A stretch of DNA of 64,000 nucleotides, from positions 96,001 through 160,000 of the IMG/VR virus record IMGVR_UViG_3300029288_000060, one strand, 5' to 3'. How positions within the stretch are numbered: the first letter of the stretch is position 1; each line of letters opens with the position of its first letter. The notes beneath the pieces are model-generated. The model worked only from the letters and a program-made list of their open reading frames with translations, made no database searches and was not told the origin of the DNA. The stretch comes from a virus. Its lineage: Duplodnaviria > Caudoviricetes. Positions 9,327 to 19,172 of this stretch are shown piece after piece. A program made the translations under genes and the position numbers.

Positions 9327-10118
9327 ATGCCATTTACAGGTTTCAATTTAAAGTATCCCGAGTACGAGGTAATAACACCACATACACATTTATCATTTAC
9401 TGTCAGAACTTTAAATGTACAAGATGAAGAAAGATTAAAAGGTTCTTTAATGACTCCAATTAAAGTCATAGAACATTTAAATAAATGTATCTATGAAACA
9501 ATAGTTAAAAAACCAGATAGTATTAAAGAGTATAAAGATTTTTTAAAGTTGCTGACCTTAAAAGATAGAGATGCATTGTTATATGGACTTTATCATATAA
9601 CATATGAAGATATTAGAAATTATGATGTAAAATGTAAAAATTGCAAAAAAGATTTTTCAGTTACGGTATCAGCATCTGATACATTTAATTATCTTCCTTA
9701 TCCTGGTGAAGATGTTTTAACAAGAAGAATTAGAGTTGACTTACCAAAATCACCAGGTATTTCTGCTTGGATTAAACAGCCGACCTTAGAAGATGAAATG
9801 GACACAAGTAAAAAGATGTCGAGTAGACCAGGAACAACATTAGACATTATTACAGAAACATTAATTATTGAAAAATTTGAACAAGAAATGGAAAGTATGG
9901 TGGATCCTGCTATTATTACTGAAAGAATTGATATAATTGATGCCTATAGAAGTCTCCCTGCTAAAGATAAGAGAGAAATTCAAGAGAAATATAAAGAAGA
10001 ATTTGGAAAATATGGAACTGAGTTAAAAATGCAAGTCTTTTGTCAACATTGTGGGACAGAAGATATTGTAGAAATTGATTTAGTTGACAACTTTTTTCGG
10101 ATGGTGTATTCATCATGA
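9327..10118 (+). CDS. baseplate hub assembly protein (T4 gp26-like)
   Basis: PEYEVITP..TVRTLNVQDE, CKNC and CQHC; position between tube and gp25. Confidence 0.7.
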   Translation: MPFTGFNLKYPEYEVITPHTHLSFTVRTLNVQDEERLKGSLMTPIKVIEHLNKCIYETIVKKPDSIKEYKDFLKLLTLKDRDALLYGLYHITYEDIRNYDVKCKNCKKDFSVTVSASDTFNYLPYPGEDVLTRRIRVDLPKSPGISAWIKQPTLEDEMDTSKKMSSRPGTTLDIITETLIIEKFEQEMESMVDPAIITERIDIIDAYRSLPAKDKREIQEKYKEEFGKYGTELKMQVFCQHCGTEDIVEIDLVDNFFRMVYSS

Positions 10119-10326
10119 TGATATTTTTACCTACAAAAAGAATTTATCTGAAAATATTTTTACCTTAATGGAATTAATGAAAGTAGGTTATCATGATGCT
10201 ATTTTCATGCCTGTAAAAAGATTTTATGATTTAATTAAATGGAAGAATGATATAGAGGATGAAAGAGCTAAATTAATGAAAGAACAAGAAACCAAAATTA
10301 GATCTAGTCAACAAAAGAGGAGATAA
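10084..10326 (+). CDS. small baseplate assembly protein (gp51-like); start may be 10168
   Basis: MPVKRFYDLI motif; synteny after gp26-like gene. Confidence 0.5.
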   Translation: MTTFFGWCIHHDDIFTYKKNLSENIFTLMELMKVGYHDAIFMPVKRFYDLIKWKNDIEDERAKLMKEQETKIRSSQQKRR

Positions 10327-10328
10327 AC

Positions 10329-10751
10329 TTGAACATTTTAGATAAGTTTAATAATACTTCTGTTGGTTCTTCTGGAAGAATTTTAGACTATAGTTCTAAA
10401 TTAGCCACAAGTGGTGATTTTACTAAACTCTTTGATTTAGATGCAATTATTACATCGTGGAAAAATATTCTAGTTACTCCTCGTGGAAGTATGGATCATG
10501 ATCCAGAATTTGGAAGCAATCTATATCTGTTTTTATTTGAACCTGCAGATTCTAATACAAAAAATGCAATTAAAAATGATATCATTCAATCATTAGCTGT
10601 TTATGATGATAGAGCTAGAATTGAAGATATAGAAATATCTTTTTTAAAGAATATGAAAGGTTTTAATATTAACATTATTGTAGACTATCAAGGAAATAAT
10701 ACAAATTTAAATGTAATGATTGATGAAAATGCATATCAAAATTATATTTAA
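10329..10751 (+). CDS. baseplate wedge protein gp25-like
   Basis: NILVTPRGS..DPEFGSNLY.FLFEP. Confidence 0.85.
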   Translation: MNILDKFNNTSVGSSGRILDYSSKLATSGDFTKLFDLDAIITSWKNILVTPRGSMDHDPEFGSNLYLFLFEPADSNTKNAIKNDIIQSLAVYDDRARIEDIEISFLKNMKGFNINIIVDYQGNNTNLNVMIDENAYQNYI

Positions 10752-10770
10752 TTTAATGGAGATAAAATAA

Positions 10771-11319
10771 ATGGATGGTATAATTAGATATTGTGTTGTA
10801 AAAAAATATAAAGGCATTCTAATTAAAAAACATAAGAGTAATACGCATCTATTTTTTATTCCAATAGATCCAAAAAAATATATGTATTTAGCTCTTGTTG
10901 GTCAATTAACAGAAGAGGATGATACATATGTAGCACAACTATTAGTAAAGATACCAGAAGATATTATTGATGATACAATTAGCGGTGAATATGATTATTT
11001 TGGAAATAGATTTGTTGAAATTGAATCTATAAAATGTCATTCTACAAATCCATCTCCAGGAAAATACAAAATAACTTTAGTTAAAAAAGGCTTTAATATA
11101 AGATCTAATTTAGAAATTGATTATCATGTTGAATATAGTACAGTGAATAAAAGAATTTATTTGGTCAAAGGTGATTTGAATTTAGTCACTGGTGAGGTGA
11201 CTGAAAAAGATATGAAGATGGTCGCAGCTAAGCAAGTAGCTTTTATGGGTGGAAAACAAAGATTTGAAGAAATGAAGAAAATTAATAATACCAGGAGGGT
11301 TAAATATTACCATGACTAG
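10771..11319 (+). CDS. hypothetical protein
   Basis: 182 aa ORF with GGAG SD. Confidence 0.65.
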   Translation: MDGIIRYCVVKKYKGILIKKHKSNTHLFFIPIDPKKYMYLALVGQLTEEDDTYVAQLLVKIPEDIIDDTISGEYDYFGNRFVEIESIKCHSTNPSPGKYKITLVKKGFNIRSNLEIDYHVEYSTVNKRIYLVKGDLNLVTGEVTEKDMKMVAAKQVAFMGGKQRFEEMKKINNTRRVKYYHD

Positions 11320-12028
11320 AGATAGAAGATTATTAGAACTTGCATGTAAAGAAGTATTAATGAATATAGTTAAAGAAAGTAAAACTATAAGTGAAAAACT
11401 TACTTTCTTTCAAAAAACATTAATGTATGATATGATTAGAGAAATGGAATACAATGAGGTTCTTTCATTATTAATTAACAAAGGTGAAAAAATTACAAGT
11501 GAACAAAAAAGAGAATTTGAATCTAAAACAAAAAAGACAGCAAAATATAGTGCGGCAGCTATGGGTGGTGGAATAGCTGCAAAAAGACTAAAAACTCTTG
11601 CAGCTAAAGCAAAAATTAAAGCAATTGATAAGAAAGTGGGAAAAGGTAAGTTGGATTATCAAGTTGGCAAAGATCTAAAATCTAAACTTGTCAAAGGAAA
11701 ATTAAAAAGTTTTCGTCTACAAAAAGGCGGAACTCGCGCTGGCTGGAAAGGAGCTATTGGAGCAGTTGCAGCACTGTATTTATTTAGAAAATTAACTGAT
11801 CCTTGTGTAAGAAATAATCTTGGAAATAAAAAAGCACAATTAGCATGTAGAATGGAAGCGATTAAGAAAGTAGTATCAGTTATTAAGGCAGATATGGGAA
11901 AATGCGCTGCAGCAGCAAATCCAGCAAAATGTAAACAAAAACTTGGTAAAGAATTAATTAAATGGAGAACTAAATACCAAAAATTACTTATTCAATACAA
12001 TCAAATAGCAAGGAAAAAAAATAAATAG
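11312..12028 (+). CDS. basic protein with C-terminal Cys motif (paralog of next gene), probable virion protein
   Basis: C..C..KCAAAANPAKC motif. Confidence 0.6.
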   Translation: MTRDRRLLELACKEVLMNIVKESKTISEKLTFFQKTLMYDMIREMEYNEVLSLLINKGEKITSEQKREFESKTKKTAKYSAAAMGGGIAAKRLKTLAAKAKIKAIDKKVGKGKLDYQVGKDLKSKLVKGKLKSFRLQKGGTRAGWKGAIGAVAALYLFRKLTDPCVRNNLGNKKAQLACRMEAIKKVVSVIKADMGKCAAAANPAKCKQKLGKELIKWRTKYQKLLIQYNQIARKKNK

Positions 12029-12583
12029 ATGAGCTATAAAGAAATAAGACTTCTGTTATTAAATCTTATATATGCGAGTAATACAATAAAAGAATCTATT
12101 TCTGTTGAACAAAGAGATCAAATTGCAGAATCAATTTTACTTCTTGCTAATGAAAATTTAATAAAGTTATATAAAATTATAGTTGAAGGCAAAAATTATT
12201 CAAAAATAAAAAGACAAGTTGATCGTAAAATCGGTTTAATTTCAGTAATACCAGTACCAGGAACAATAGCTTTATTTGCTATTTATAAATTAGTTTCTAG
12301 AATAAATTATAATTGTGTTATGTCATGTAATAAGTCTGAAAAAAATATAAAAGAAAAAAATCTTTGTTATAAAAAATGTAACATCTTATCAATTGAAAAA
12401 GCTATTATAGAAGTGAAAAAAGAATTAAATGATTGTTGGTATGAAAAAAATCCTAAAAAATGTAGAAAGAGTACTATTAAATATTTAAATGAACTCTATG
12501 AAAAATTGGAAAAATCACAATTATCATTAAATAATTATAAATATAAACTAACAAAGGGTCAAAATAAAAATGCAAAATTATAA
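12029..12583 (+). CDS. paralog of the 11312 protein
   Basis: C..C..DCWYEKNPKKC motif. Confidence 0.6.
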   Translation: MSYKEIRLLLLNLIYASNTIKESISVEQRDQIAESILLLANENLIKLYKIIVEGKNYSKIKRQVDRKIGLISVIPVPGTIALFAIYKLVSRINYNCVMSCNKSEKNIKEKNLCYKKCNILSIEKAIIEVKKELNDCWYEKNPKKCRKSTIKYLNELYEKLEKSQLSLNNYKYKLTKGQNKNAKL

Positions 12584-13211
12584 TAGGATTAATGATTATT
12601 TTCAAGATTATTGGACCCTAGTATACGATTATTATTCTAAACATGGACAAGCTTATTTAGTTACTTATTATAATATAGATACTGAAGAAACAGTTTGGGA
12701 TAATCAAGATTTAATGGGTGGATATTATGAAAAAATAGGTAGTCTATCTGGTGTTAGATGGAAAAAAATCTTAACTCTTCCTGTTTATTTTATCGGAGAA
12801 ACAGATACTATATTTGACGCTCAAGATATTGGTTATGTTAATGAAGGTCGCACAGAATTTGTAATTCCAAGTTCTTATGGTATTACCCCATATCCAAATG
12901 ATATAATTAAGTTATATCAAAATTATTTACATGATGATGATAGGTATGCTTTATTTACAGTTACTGGAATACAAAAACAAAGTCCAGGAGATAGAACTTA
13001 TTGGAAATGTCAATGCTTAGTTGAACAATCTCGCACAACAACTGAGTTAGATTTACAAGTCTCAGATACATTAATTTATTACGATTATGATAAAAAAATA
13101 CATCAAGTTTCAAATGCAACTTCAATGACCAATTTATTAACAAAAAATGAAATTATTAGATCAAATTTAAAGAATTTATTCGATCAAAATTCAGGACTTT
13201 ATTTTATATGA
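12570..13211 (+). CDS. putative structural (neck/tail) protein
   Basis: 213 aa ORF in the structural module; function by context only. Confidence 0.45.
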   Translation: MQNYNRINDYFQDYWTLVYDYYSKHGQAYLVTYYNIDTEETVWDNQDLMGGYYEKIGSLSGVRWKKILTLPVYFIGETDTIFDAQDIGYVNEGRTEFVIPSSYGITPYPNDIIKLYQNYLHDDDRYALFTVTGIQKQSPGDRTYWKCQCLVEQSRTTTELDLQVSDTLIYYDYDKKIHQVSNATSMTNLLTKNEIIRSNLKNLFDQNSGLYFI

Positions 13212-14227
13212 AACTATGCGAATATGGATGCGGGCAAGAAGCTAAATATCAATTAAAAAATGGAAAATGGTGCTGCAGTAAAAGTTCTAATTCATGTCCA
13301 ACAAATATAAATTCAAAAAAATATAAACGCTTTGATAATCAAGAAAATCATCTTTGTGATTATGGTTGCGGACAATTAGCTAAATTTATTTCTAAAAAAG
13401 GAAAATATTGTTGTAATGATCATTTAACAAAATGTTCAATAATGAAAAATAAATATGGACTAATTTCTAAAGGTAAAATCAGAGGCCCACATTCAGAAGA
13501 AAGAAAACATAATATAAGTAAAGCTAAAAAAGGTAAACCAGTACATAATATTGAATTTAAAGAATCTCAAAGAAATAAAATGTTAAATGGATTTTCAAAA
13601 ACTTTAAATGAAATACCAAGAGATCCTAATAAGTTAAAAATAAAAGAAGAAAAACAAAAAGAAAGAATGCTAAATGGTATGGCAAAATATGTTTCATTAT
13701 TTAGAAAACCCCATACTGATGATAGAAAAGAAAACCAAAAAAAATTTATGATAGAAAAAGGAGCAAAAATTGCTAACTCAGCACAATGTCAAGGATTTAA
13801 AAATAAAAAAGAATGGATGTTAAATGGCGGAGCATCTTATTTAAATTCTTGTCCAGTAAAGGGATTTAAAAATCATAAAGAATGGTTATTAAACGGCGGT
13901 CATTCTTATATTTCTTCTTTTATTAAAAAAATTTCAAAAGATGAAATTAAATTAAGAAATTTAGTTCAAGAATTATATTTAAATTGTATACCGCAATATA
14001 AAATTTTAAATTATGAAATAGATATTGCTTTACCTGAATATAAAATAGCAGTTGAATTTGATGGTTATTATCATTTTGATACAGAAGAACATAAAGAATA
14101 TCACAAGCAAAGACAAATAAAAATAGAAAATGAAGGATGGAAATTTTATCGCGTAACAATGTTTGACAAATTCCCAAGTTTAGAAGAAGTTAAAGAAAGC
14201 ATACAAAAGTTATCAGAGGAAAACTAA
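13208..14227 (+). CDS. free-standing homing-type endonuclease (Vsr/DUF559-like PD-(D/E)xK C-terminus, NUMOD3-like motif)
   Basis: YEIDIA..IAVEFDGYYH..RQ..IENEGWKFYR; HSEERKHNISKAKKG; two CxYGCG..GKxCC modules. Confidence 0.75.
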   Translation: MKLCEYGCGQEAKYQLKNGKWCCSKSSNSCPTNINSKKYKRFDNQENHLCDYGCGQLAKFISKKGKYCCNDHLTKCSIMKNKYGLISKGKIRGPHSEERKHNISKAKKGKPVHNIEFKESQRNKMLNGFSKTLNEIPRDPNKLKIKEEKQKERMLNGMAKYVSLFRKPHTDDRKENQKKFMIEKGAKIANSAQCQGFKNKKEWMLNGGASYLNSCPVKGFKNHKEWLLNGGHSYISSFIKKISKDEIKLRNLVQELYLNCIPQYKILNYEIDIALPEYKIAVEFDGYYHFDTEEHKEYHKQRQIKIENEGWKFYRVTMFDKFPSLEEVKESIQKLSEEN

Positions 14228-16777
14228 ATGACTAATAATTCTGTTGATACTACCTTATCAAACCAAATATATCTATCTCGAGATAATATACGTAATCAGA
14301 TAATTGAGTATATGCAATATTATCTTGAATTAGAAAATGTTGACTTGGTAAAGAGTTCATTTTTGTCATTTATGGTGGATACCCTTGCTACCCTGACATC
14401 AAACGTTTTATTCTATTCTAGCTCAACCTATAAAGAGTTCTTTCTAACTAAAGCAGCCTTGCCAGAGTCTATTTATAATTTATCTGCTTTTTTGGGTTAT
14501 AACACAAAAGAAGCTTCGTATGCAATAGCGAATGTTTTAATGACTTTTCCTTTTGGATTTACAGATTCAACCACAACTTTTACAATTCCAGAATTTTTCA
14601 AATTTTATTCTGGAGAAATTGAATTTGTCACTTATTATGAAACAACGATTAATATAACTGGAACAACAAACGTTAATGTTACAGTTTTGCAGGATGGAAC
14701 AAAAACATACAATCTTCCTGTGAATATTGATACCACATCTGCTGAGCCATCATTTTCTTTTGTTTTGCCTTTAAGACAATATAAACAAGTTGTTCAAGAA
14801 TTCCAAATCGATGAGGATATTGAGTTATATCAATTTATTACCATAGATGTTCCATTAGATGGAAAGGTATCAACAATGTCTGTTGAAGTTAGGGATCCGG
14901 ATAGTTCTGCATGGAGATTATACACTGAATTTAATAGTGTTTATTTAATGTCTTCAACAGATTATGGATTTGTGTCTAGAACAACAAGTAATGGAAGAAG
15001 GTTAACATTTGGGAATGGTTTAATAGGAGTTCAACCTTTAGGTGGATCTACCGTTAAAGTTACCACAAATATAACAGAAGGTGTTGACGGAAATGTCATT
15101 GCTTCTTCAATTAAAACGGGTGATAGGATATATGTAACAGATTCATTTGGTAAAACAACCATTGTAAATTATAGTGTAATAAATCCCTCCCCTGCAACAA
15201 GCGGAGAGGATGAAGAATCAATTCAAGAAGTTAGAAGCAATGCAATTGCTAATTTAGTTGCTTTAAATAGATTGGTTTCTGAGTATGATTATCAACACGC
15301 TGGAGCAATCATTCAAGATTCTCCAATTGCTGATAATACATTACCAGTATTGAAAAGATCAGATGTTAAATGTAATGAAGTTCAATTATTTTCTGTTGTA
15401 AAATTTGGGACAACAACAAGAAATTCTGTGATAACTGGGGAAACAGTCACAGAAGATGCTATTGTTCCTACAAGAAATGCTTTATATGAAGTTCCAATTA
15501 CAACAACTTATATTCCAAGAAATACAATAATTACAATTGATTTATATGATTATTATACTTTATTTGATATTACCATAGACTTAATTAATTCTAGTGCTTA
15601 TTATAATTATATTATGTACGAAGTTGAAGTGGTTCCAATTTTAGTGACTAGTTATGGTATTGTTTATGATATTGTTTGCTCAAAATTAGCAGTTTCAAAA
15701 TCTGGAAATTTAGCAATTTTTGAAATTAGTTATAATTCAACAGAATTAGATTATGATTTATGCGTAGCAAAATTAAAAGTTATTCCGACATCCTTAATAT
15801 ATACGATGACAAATGATTCTATAAGTAAAAAGTTTACTTATACATTTAATCCATATACATTATTTCCGACTGGAAATGTTGATCTAGAATTTACTATCTA
15901 TACAAATTCTGGTTCACCAATTGCTACATATACATCTGAAGTCACTTTTAATAAACCCTTAAATGATTTTATGATGTCAAATGTTGTAATTGATACTACA
16001 GGCGCGACTACTGTTGTTTATGACATTCCGGTTGTGGAGAAAACATATTTTGATTCTATCGTAGAAAAAGATTTTGAATTATCCGTTTTGCAAAATATGA
16101 TGACAATTATGGATTTTAAGTCTTATAGAATGTTAACAGATTTTACTAATTTAAAGTTTACAAATACAATTGGTAATATGATTAACATGAAATTTAATAG
16201 TATAACGAAAGATGATTGTATCGATATTAACGTAACAACACCGCCCACAAGTCCTTCCATTGGTGATAGGTATATTATTGGACATACTGAATCAGGACTT
16301 TGGGCGAATAAAGATGGACAAATAGCCCATTGCATTGATACGACTGGAGTAATTTGGTTTTATTTTACTCCAATCACAGATGACATTATTTATGTAACAA
16401 ACAAAGGAAAAAAATATATTTATAATGGAAATAAGTTTGTATCAATGGAATATCAAATTCCCCTTGAAATTGATGTGGAAATTTTTAAACAAACCAGTTA
16501 TTATGGTTCTGATGTAGAATTATCCAATCTCGTAAAAGATACGTTGTTAACTGAATATTCAACCAGATTTGGTCCAAATATAACATTATATAGATCTGAA
16601 ATTATTAGTACGATTCAAAGTATTACTGGAGTTAGTCATTGTAATTTAATCAAACCAGAATCAAATATTTTCTTTGAATATGAATTAGAAAGTTTATCTG
16701 AATTAGAATTGTTAGAATACAGTGCAGAATATATTTATTTTGATGAAGATTCAATTTCAGTAAAAATTTATACATAA
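14228..16777 (+). CDS. baseplate wedge protein (T4 gp6-like)
   Basis: EFFLTKA..ESIYNLSAFLGY, LTFGNGLIG..P, SGEDEESIQEVR..RLVS.YDY. Confidence 0.8.
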   Translation: MTNNSVDTTLSNQIYLSRDNIRNQIIEYMQYYLELENVDLVKSSFLSFMVDTLATLTSNVLFYSSSTYKEFFLTKAALPESIYNLSAFLGYNTKEASYAIANVLMTFPFGFTDSTTTFTIPEFFKFYSGEIEFVTYYETTINITGTTNVNVTVLQDGTKTYNLPVNIDTTSAEPSFSFVLPLRQYKQVVQEFQIDEDIELYQFITIDVPLDGKVSTMSVEVRDPDSSAWRLYTEFNSVYLMSSTDYGFVSRTTSNGRRLTFGNGLIGVQPLGGSTVKVTTNITEGVDGNVIASSIKTGDRIYVTDSFGKTTIVNYSVINPSPATSGEDEESIQEVRSNAIANLVALNRLVSEYDYQHAGAIIQDSPIADNTLPVLKRSDVKCNEVQLFSVVKFGTTTRNSVITGETVTEDAIVPTRNALYEVPITTTYIPRNTIITIDLYDYYTLFDITIDLINSSAYYNYIMYEVEVVPILVTSYGIVYDIVCSKLAVSKSGNLAIFEISYNSTELDYDLCVAKLKVIPTSLIYTMTNDSISKKFTYTFNPYTLFPTGNVDLEFTIYTNSGSPIATYTSEVTFNKPLNDFMMSNVVIDTTGATTVVYDIPVVEKTYFDSIVEKDFELSVLQNMMTIMDFKSYRMLTDFTNLKFTNTIGNMINMKFNSITKDDCIDINVTTPPTSPSIGDRYIIGHTESGLWANKDGQIAHCIDTTGVIWFYFTPITDDIIYVTNKGKKYIYNGNKFVSMEYQIPLEIDVEIFKQTSYYGSDVELSNLVKDTLLTEYSTRFGPNITLYRSEIISTIQSITGVSHCNLIKPESNIFFEYELESLSELELLEYSAEYIYFDEDSISVKIYT

Positions 16778-16789
16778 GGAATTACATAC

Positions 16790-17896
16790 ATGCAAATTCT
16801 TTTAGCAAATGCAGTTTTTAATGATGTTAAAATAAAAAATTATATTAGCAAACTTACAGTACAAGAATTAAATAACTTAACAGAACCATGTTATTCCGCT
16901 AATTGGAAAAAACATTATTATGAATTACTTCAATTAACAAACTTAGAAGAAAAAGATATAAAATCCTTTATCAAGAGATTTTATTATAATACAAAAGCTC
17001 AAGATTCAATGATTCAATCTGAAGTTGGTTCAAATTTTTTATTTATTCTAATGTATCATTTTTTACAACAAAAAGATGAAGCTACATTTTCAATTGTAAT
17101 GATATATCATATGATTAGACAATACTCGAATTTATTTAAGAAATTTTTTAGATATTGTAAACCAGAAGTTTTTTCATATACATTAACTCATATGAATCCT
17201 GCGCATTTATTTAATAGAGAAAAAACTATTTCAAATACATTATTTTATTTGTCAAAGCAGATGAAAACTAGATATACTAAATATTTTCTTTCATTAGATG
17301 CCGAAAAAGTTTCTTTATTTTTATATGAATCTAGATCTAGAATTTCTCAAAGTTTGAGAAGTTTTGCAATTGAATATTATAAAAATGAATCACAAGGGTT
17401 AGGTATATCTAGTCAAAAAGAAACTGAAATGGGAGAAGAAATTTTTAATCCTGAATTAGAAAAAGGTAATAAAATAGCAGAATTAGTTTCTAATAAAATT
17501 ACGATATATAAAGAAATAGATTATAAAGCCCTAGAAGAAGCTAGAAAGATAACAAAGATTAATACATCCTATACAACATTAATTACAAAAGGATTGCAAA
17601 ATTCTAATTTTAATAGTAGTGTAAAATTTATTATTGAATTATATTTAAGAGATATTAAATCAGTTAATGAAATATGCGGGAAAGATTCAATACCGTACAT
17701 TAAAAAACTAATGAGTATTAAAAGGACAACAAAGGAAGTTTACTTTAAACAAGAAATTAGTAATTTAATGCAAAAAATAATCAAAACCACTCCCTTAGCA
17801 CCAAAATATCAAAAACTAACCTCCCAAACACAATTCCAAATTAATTCCTTCCTTGCATTTTATCTTGCACTCTATACAAAAAATTTAGTTTGTTAA
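16790..17896 (+). CDS. hypothetical protein
   Basis: 368 aa ORF with AAGGA SD. Confidence 0.7.
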   Translation: MQILLANAVFNDVKIKNYISKLTVQELNNLTEPCYSANWKKHYYELLQLTNLEEKDIKSFIKRFYYNTKAQDSMIQSEVGSNFLFILMYHFLQQKDEATFSIVMIYHMIRQYSNLFKKFFRYCKPEVFSYTLTHMNPAHLFNREKTISNTLFYLSKQMKTRYTKYFLSLDAEKVSLFLYESRSRISQSLRSFAIEYYKNESQGLGISSQKETEMGEEIFNPELEKGNKIAELVSNKITIYKEIDYKALEEARKITKINTSYTTLITKGLQNSNFNSSVKFIIELYLRDIKSVNEICGKDSIPYIKKLMSIKRTTKEVYFKQEISNLMQKIIKTTPLAPKYQKLTSQTQFQINSFLAFYLALYTKNLVC

Positions 17897-19152
17897 CCTG
17901 GATAAAAACCAGATTTATCCAAATTTCTTAATCCGTTCTCAATTGTTCTTCTTATAGTATCAATTCTAGATGGAGGTGGGTCACTTAAATCTGAAGATAC
18001 TGAAGCTGCATTACTTACTAGTGAAGATAAACTTTGTCCCGCAGAAGATGCTCCAGATTCCTCTCCATATATTGGTTCTAGTTTAAATTCATCTAACATA
18101 TTATCTAAATAACCTTTTAAAGTAGGTCTTGTATCTATTCCATTTTTTGACAATAATAAAGTACTATGTAAGTTAACAAAATCCATTCTTACGTCTACTA
18201 TAGAAACTCTTTGATTAAAACCAACTAAACCAGCATCTCCACCTTTAACTATAGTAATATTTGAAATAGCTCCTGCATGAATTTTGAATAATCCAGGACA
18301 GTCAACTTTACAAAAGAATGGATAATTATATGAATTTACTTCTTTTGATTGAGGTAATGCTAAAGTTAAAAGCGCTGCTAATGGAGCTACAATATATTTT
18401 TTTGTTGATTCTTCGCTTCCTGGATTTGGGTTATATAATTTTAATGAGCAACTAAATGTTGGTGAGTAAGAACTTCCTTTCCATATCATTGGAAAGTCAA
18501 CTCTAGCTCCTGCAAGCAATTGATTCATGGTTGATCCAATAGTTCCTTTTAACCCACCCGCTTTTTCCCATTCTTTTGCTTTTTGGTGAGCACCTGCTCC
18601 AGCAGATTCTATCCCACCTCCAAGAGCTGACATAAAATTACCAAACATACCTCCAAAACTTTCTGACCCTTCTTTCATCATTGTTCCCATATCTTTCATA
18701 GTACTAGTCGCATCTCTATTTCCTGACATTTGTGCTAATTGACCTAAACCACCTGCAGCAACATCAGTAAGTTGATTTAAAAAACTTTCTCCATAATCAT
18801 TTTGAAAAGAATCAGTTGGGTAATTTTCAGCCTGACATACAATCGTTATACTTTTAGATTGGTTTTGTAATTCTGAGGTTTGAAAATTTACATCTTTTAA
18901 TAATTTAACATATTCATCCCAAGCTTGTTGAGAATCTAAAATGAATAAAGAAAGACCTGTTTGACTTTTAGGTACACAAGGTTGTATTGAAACTTGTAAA
19001 CCAGAATTAATCATTAAATTTTTAGTTGCCGTAACACTTGAACCAGTGTCTGGAGGCCCTCCAATATAATCTGGAATTGTGGATGGAGAAGATGATTTAA
19101 CAGCGGCAGGTGATGCTTTTGATTTTGGAGAGCTTGCTGTATATTTAAACAT
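17893..19152 (-). CDS. putative tail/baseplate structural protein
   Basis: 419 aa, downstream of tape measure; Gly-rich central segment. Confidence 0.5.
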   Translation of the reverse strand: MFKYTASSPKSKASPAAVKSSSPSTIPDYIGGPPDTGSSVTATKNLMINSGLQVSIQPCVPKSQTGLSLFILDSQQAWDEYVKLLKDVNFQTSELQNQSKSITIVCQAENYPTDSFQNDYGESFLNQLTDVAAGGLGQLAQMSGNRDATSTMKDMGTMMKEGSESFGGMFGNFMSALGGGIESAGAGAHQKAKEWEKAGGLKGTIGSTMNQLLAGARVDFPMIWKGSSYSPTFSCSLKLYNPNPGSEESTKKYIVAPLAALLTLALPQSKEVNSYNYPFFCKVDCPGLFKIHAGAISNITIVKGGDAGLVGFNQRVSIVDVRMDFVNLHSTLLLSKNGIDTRPTLKGYLDNMLDEFKLEPIYGEESGASSAGQSLSSLVSNAASVSSDLSDPPPSRIDTIRRTIENGLRNLDKSGFYPG

Positions 19153-19172
19153 TTATTTTTACTCCTTCAATC

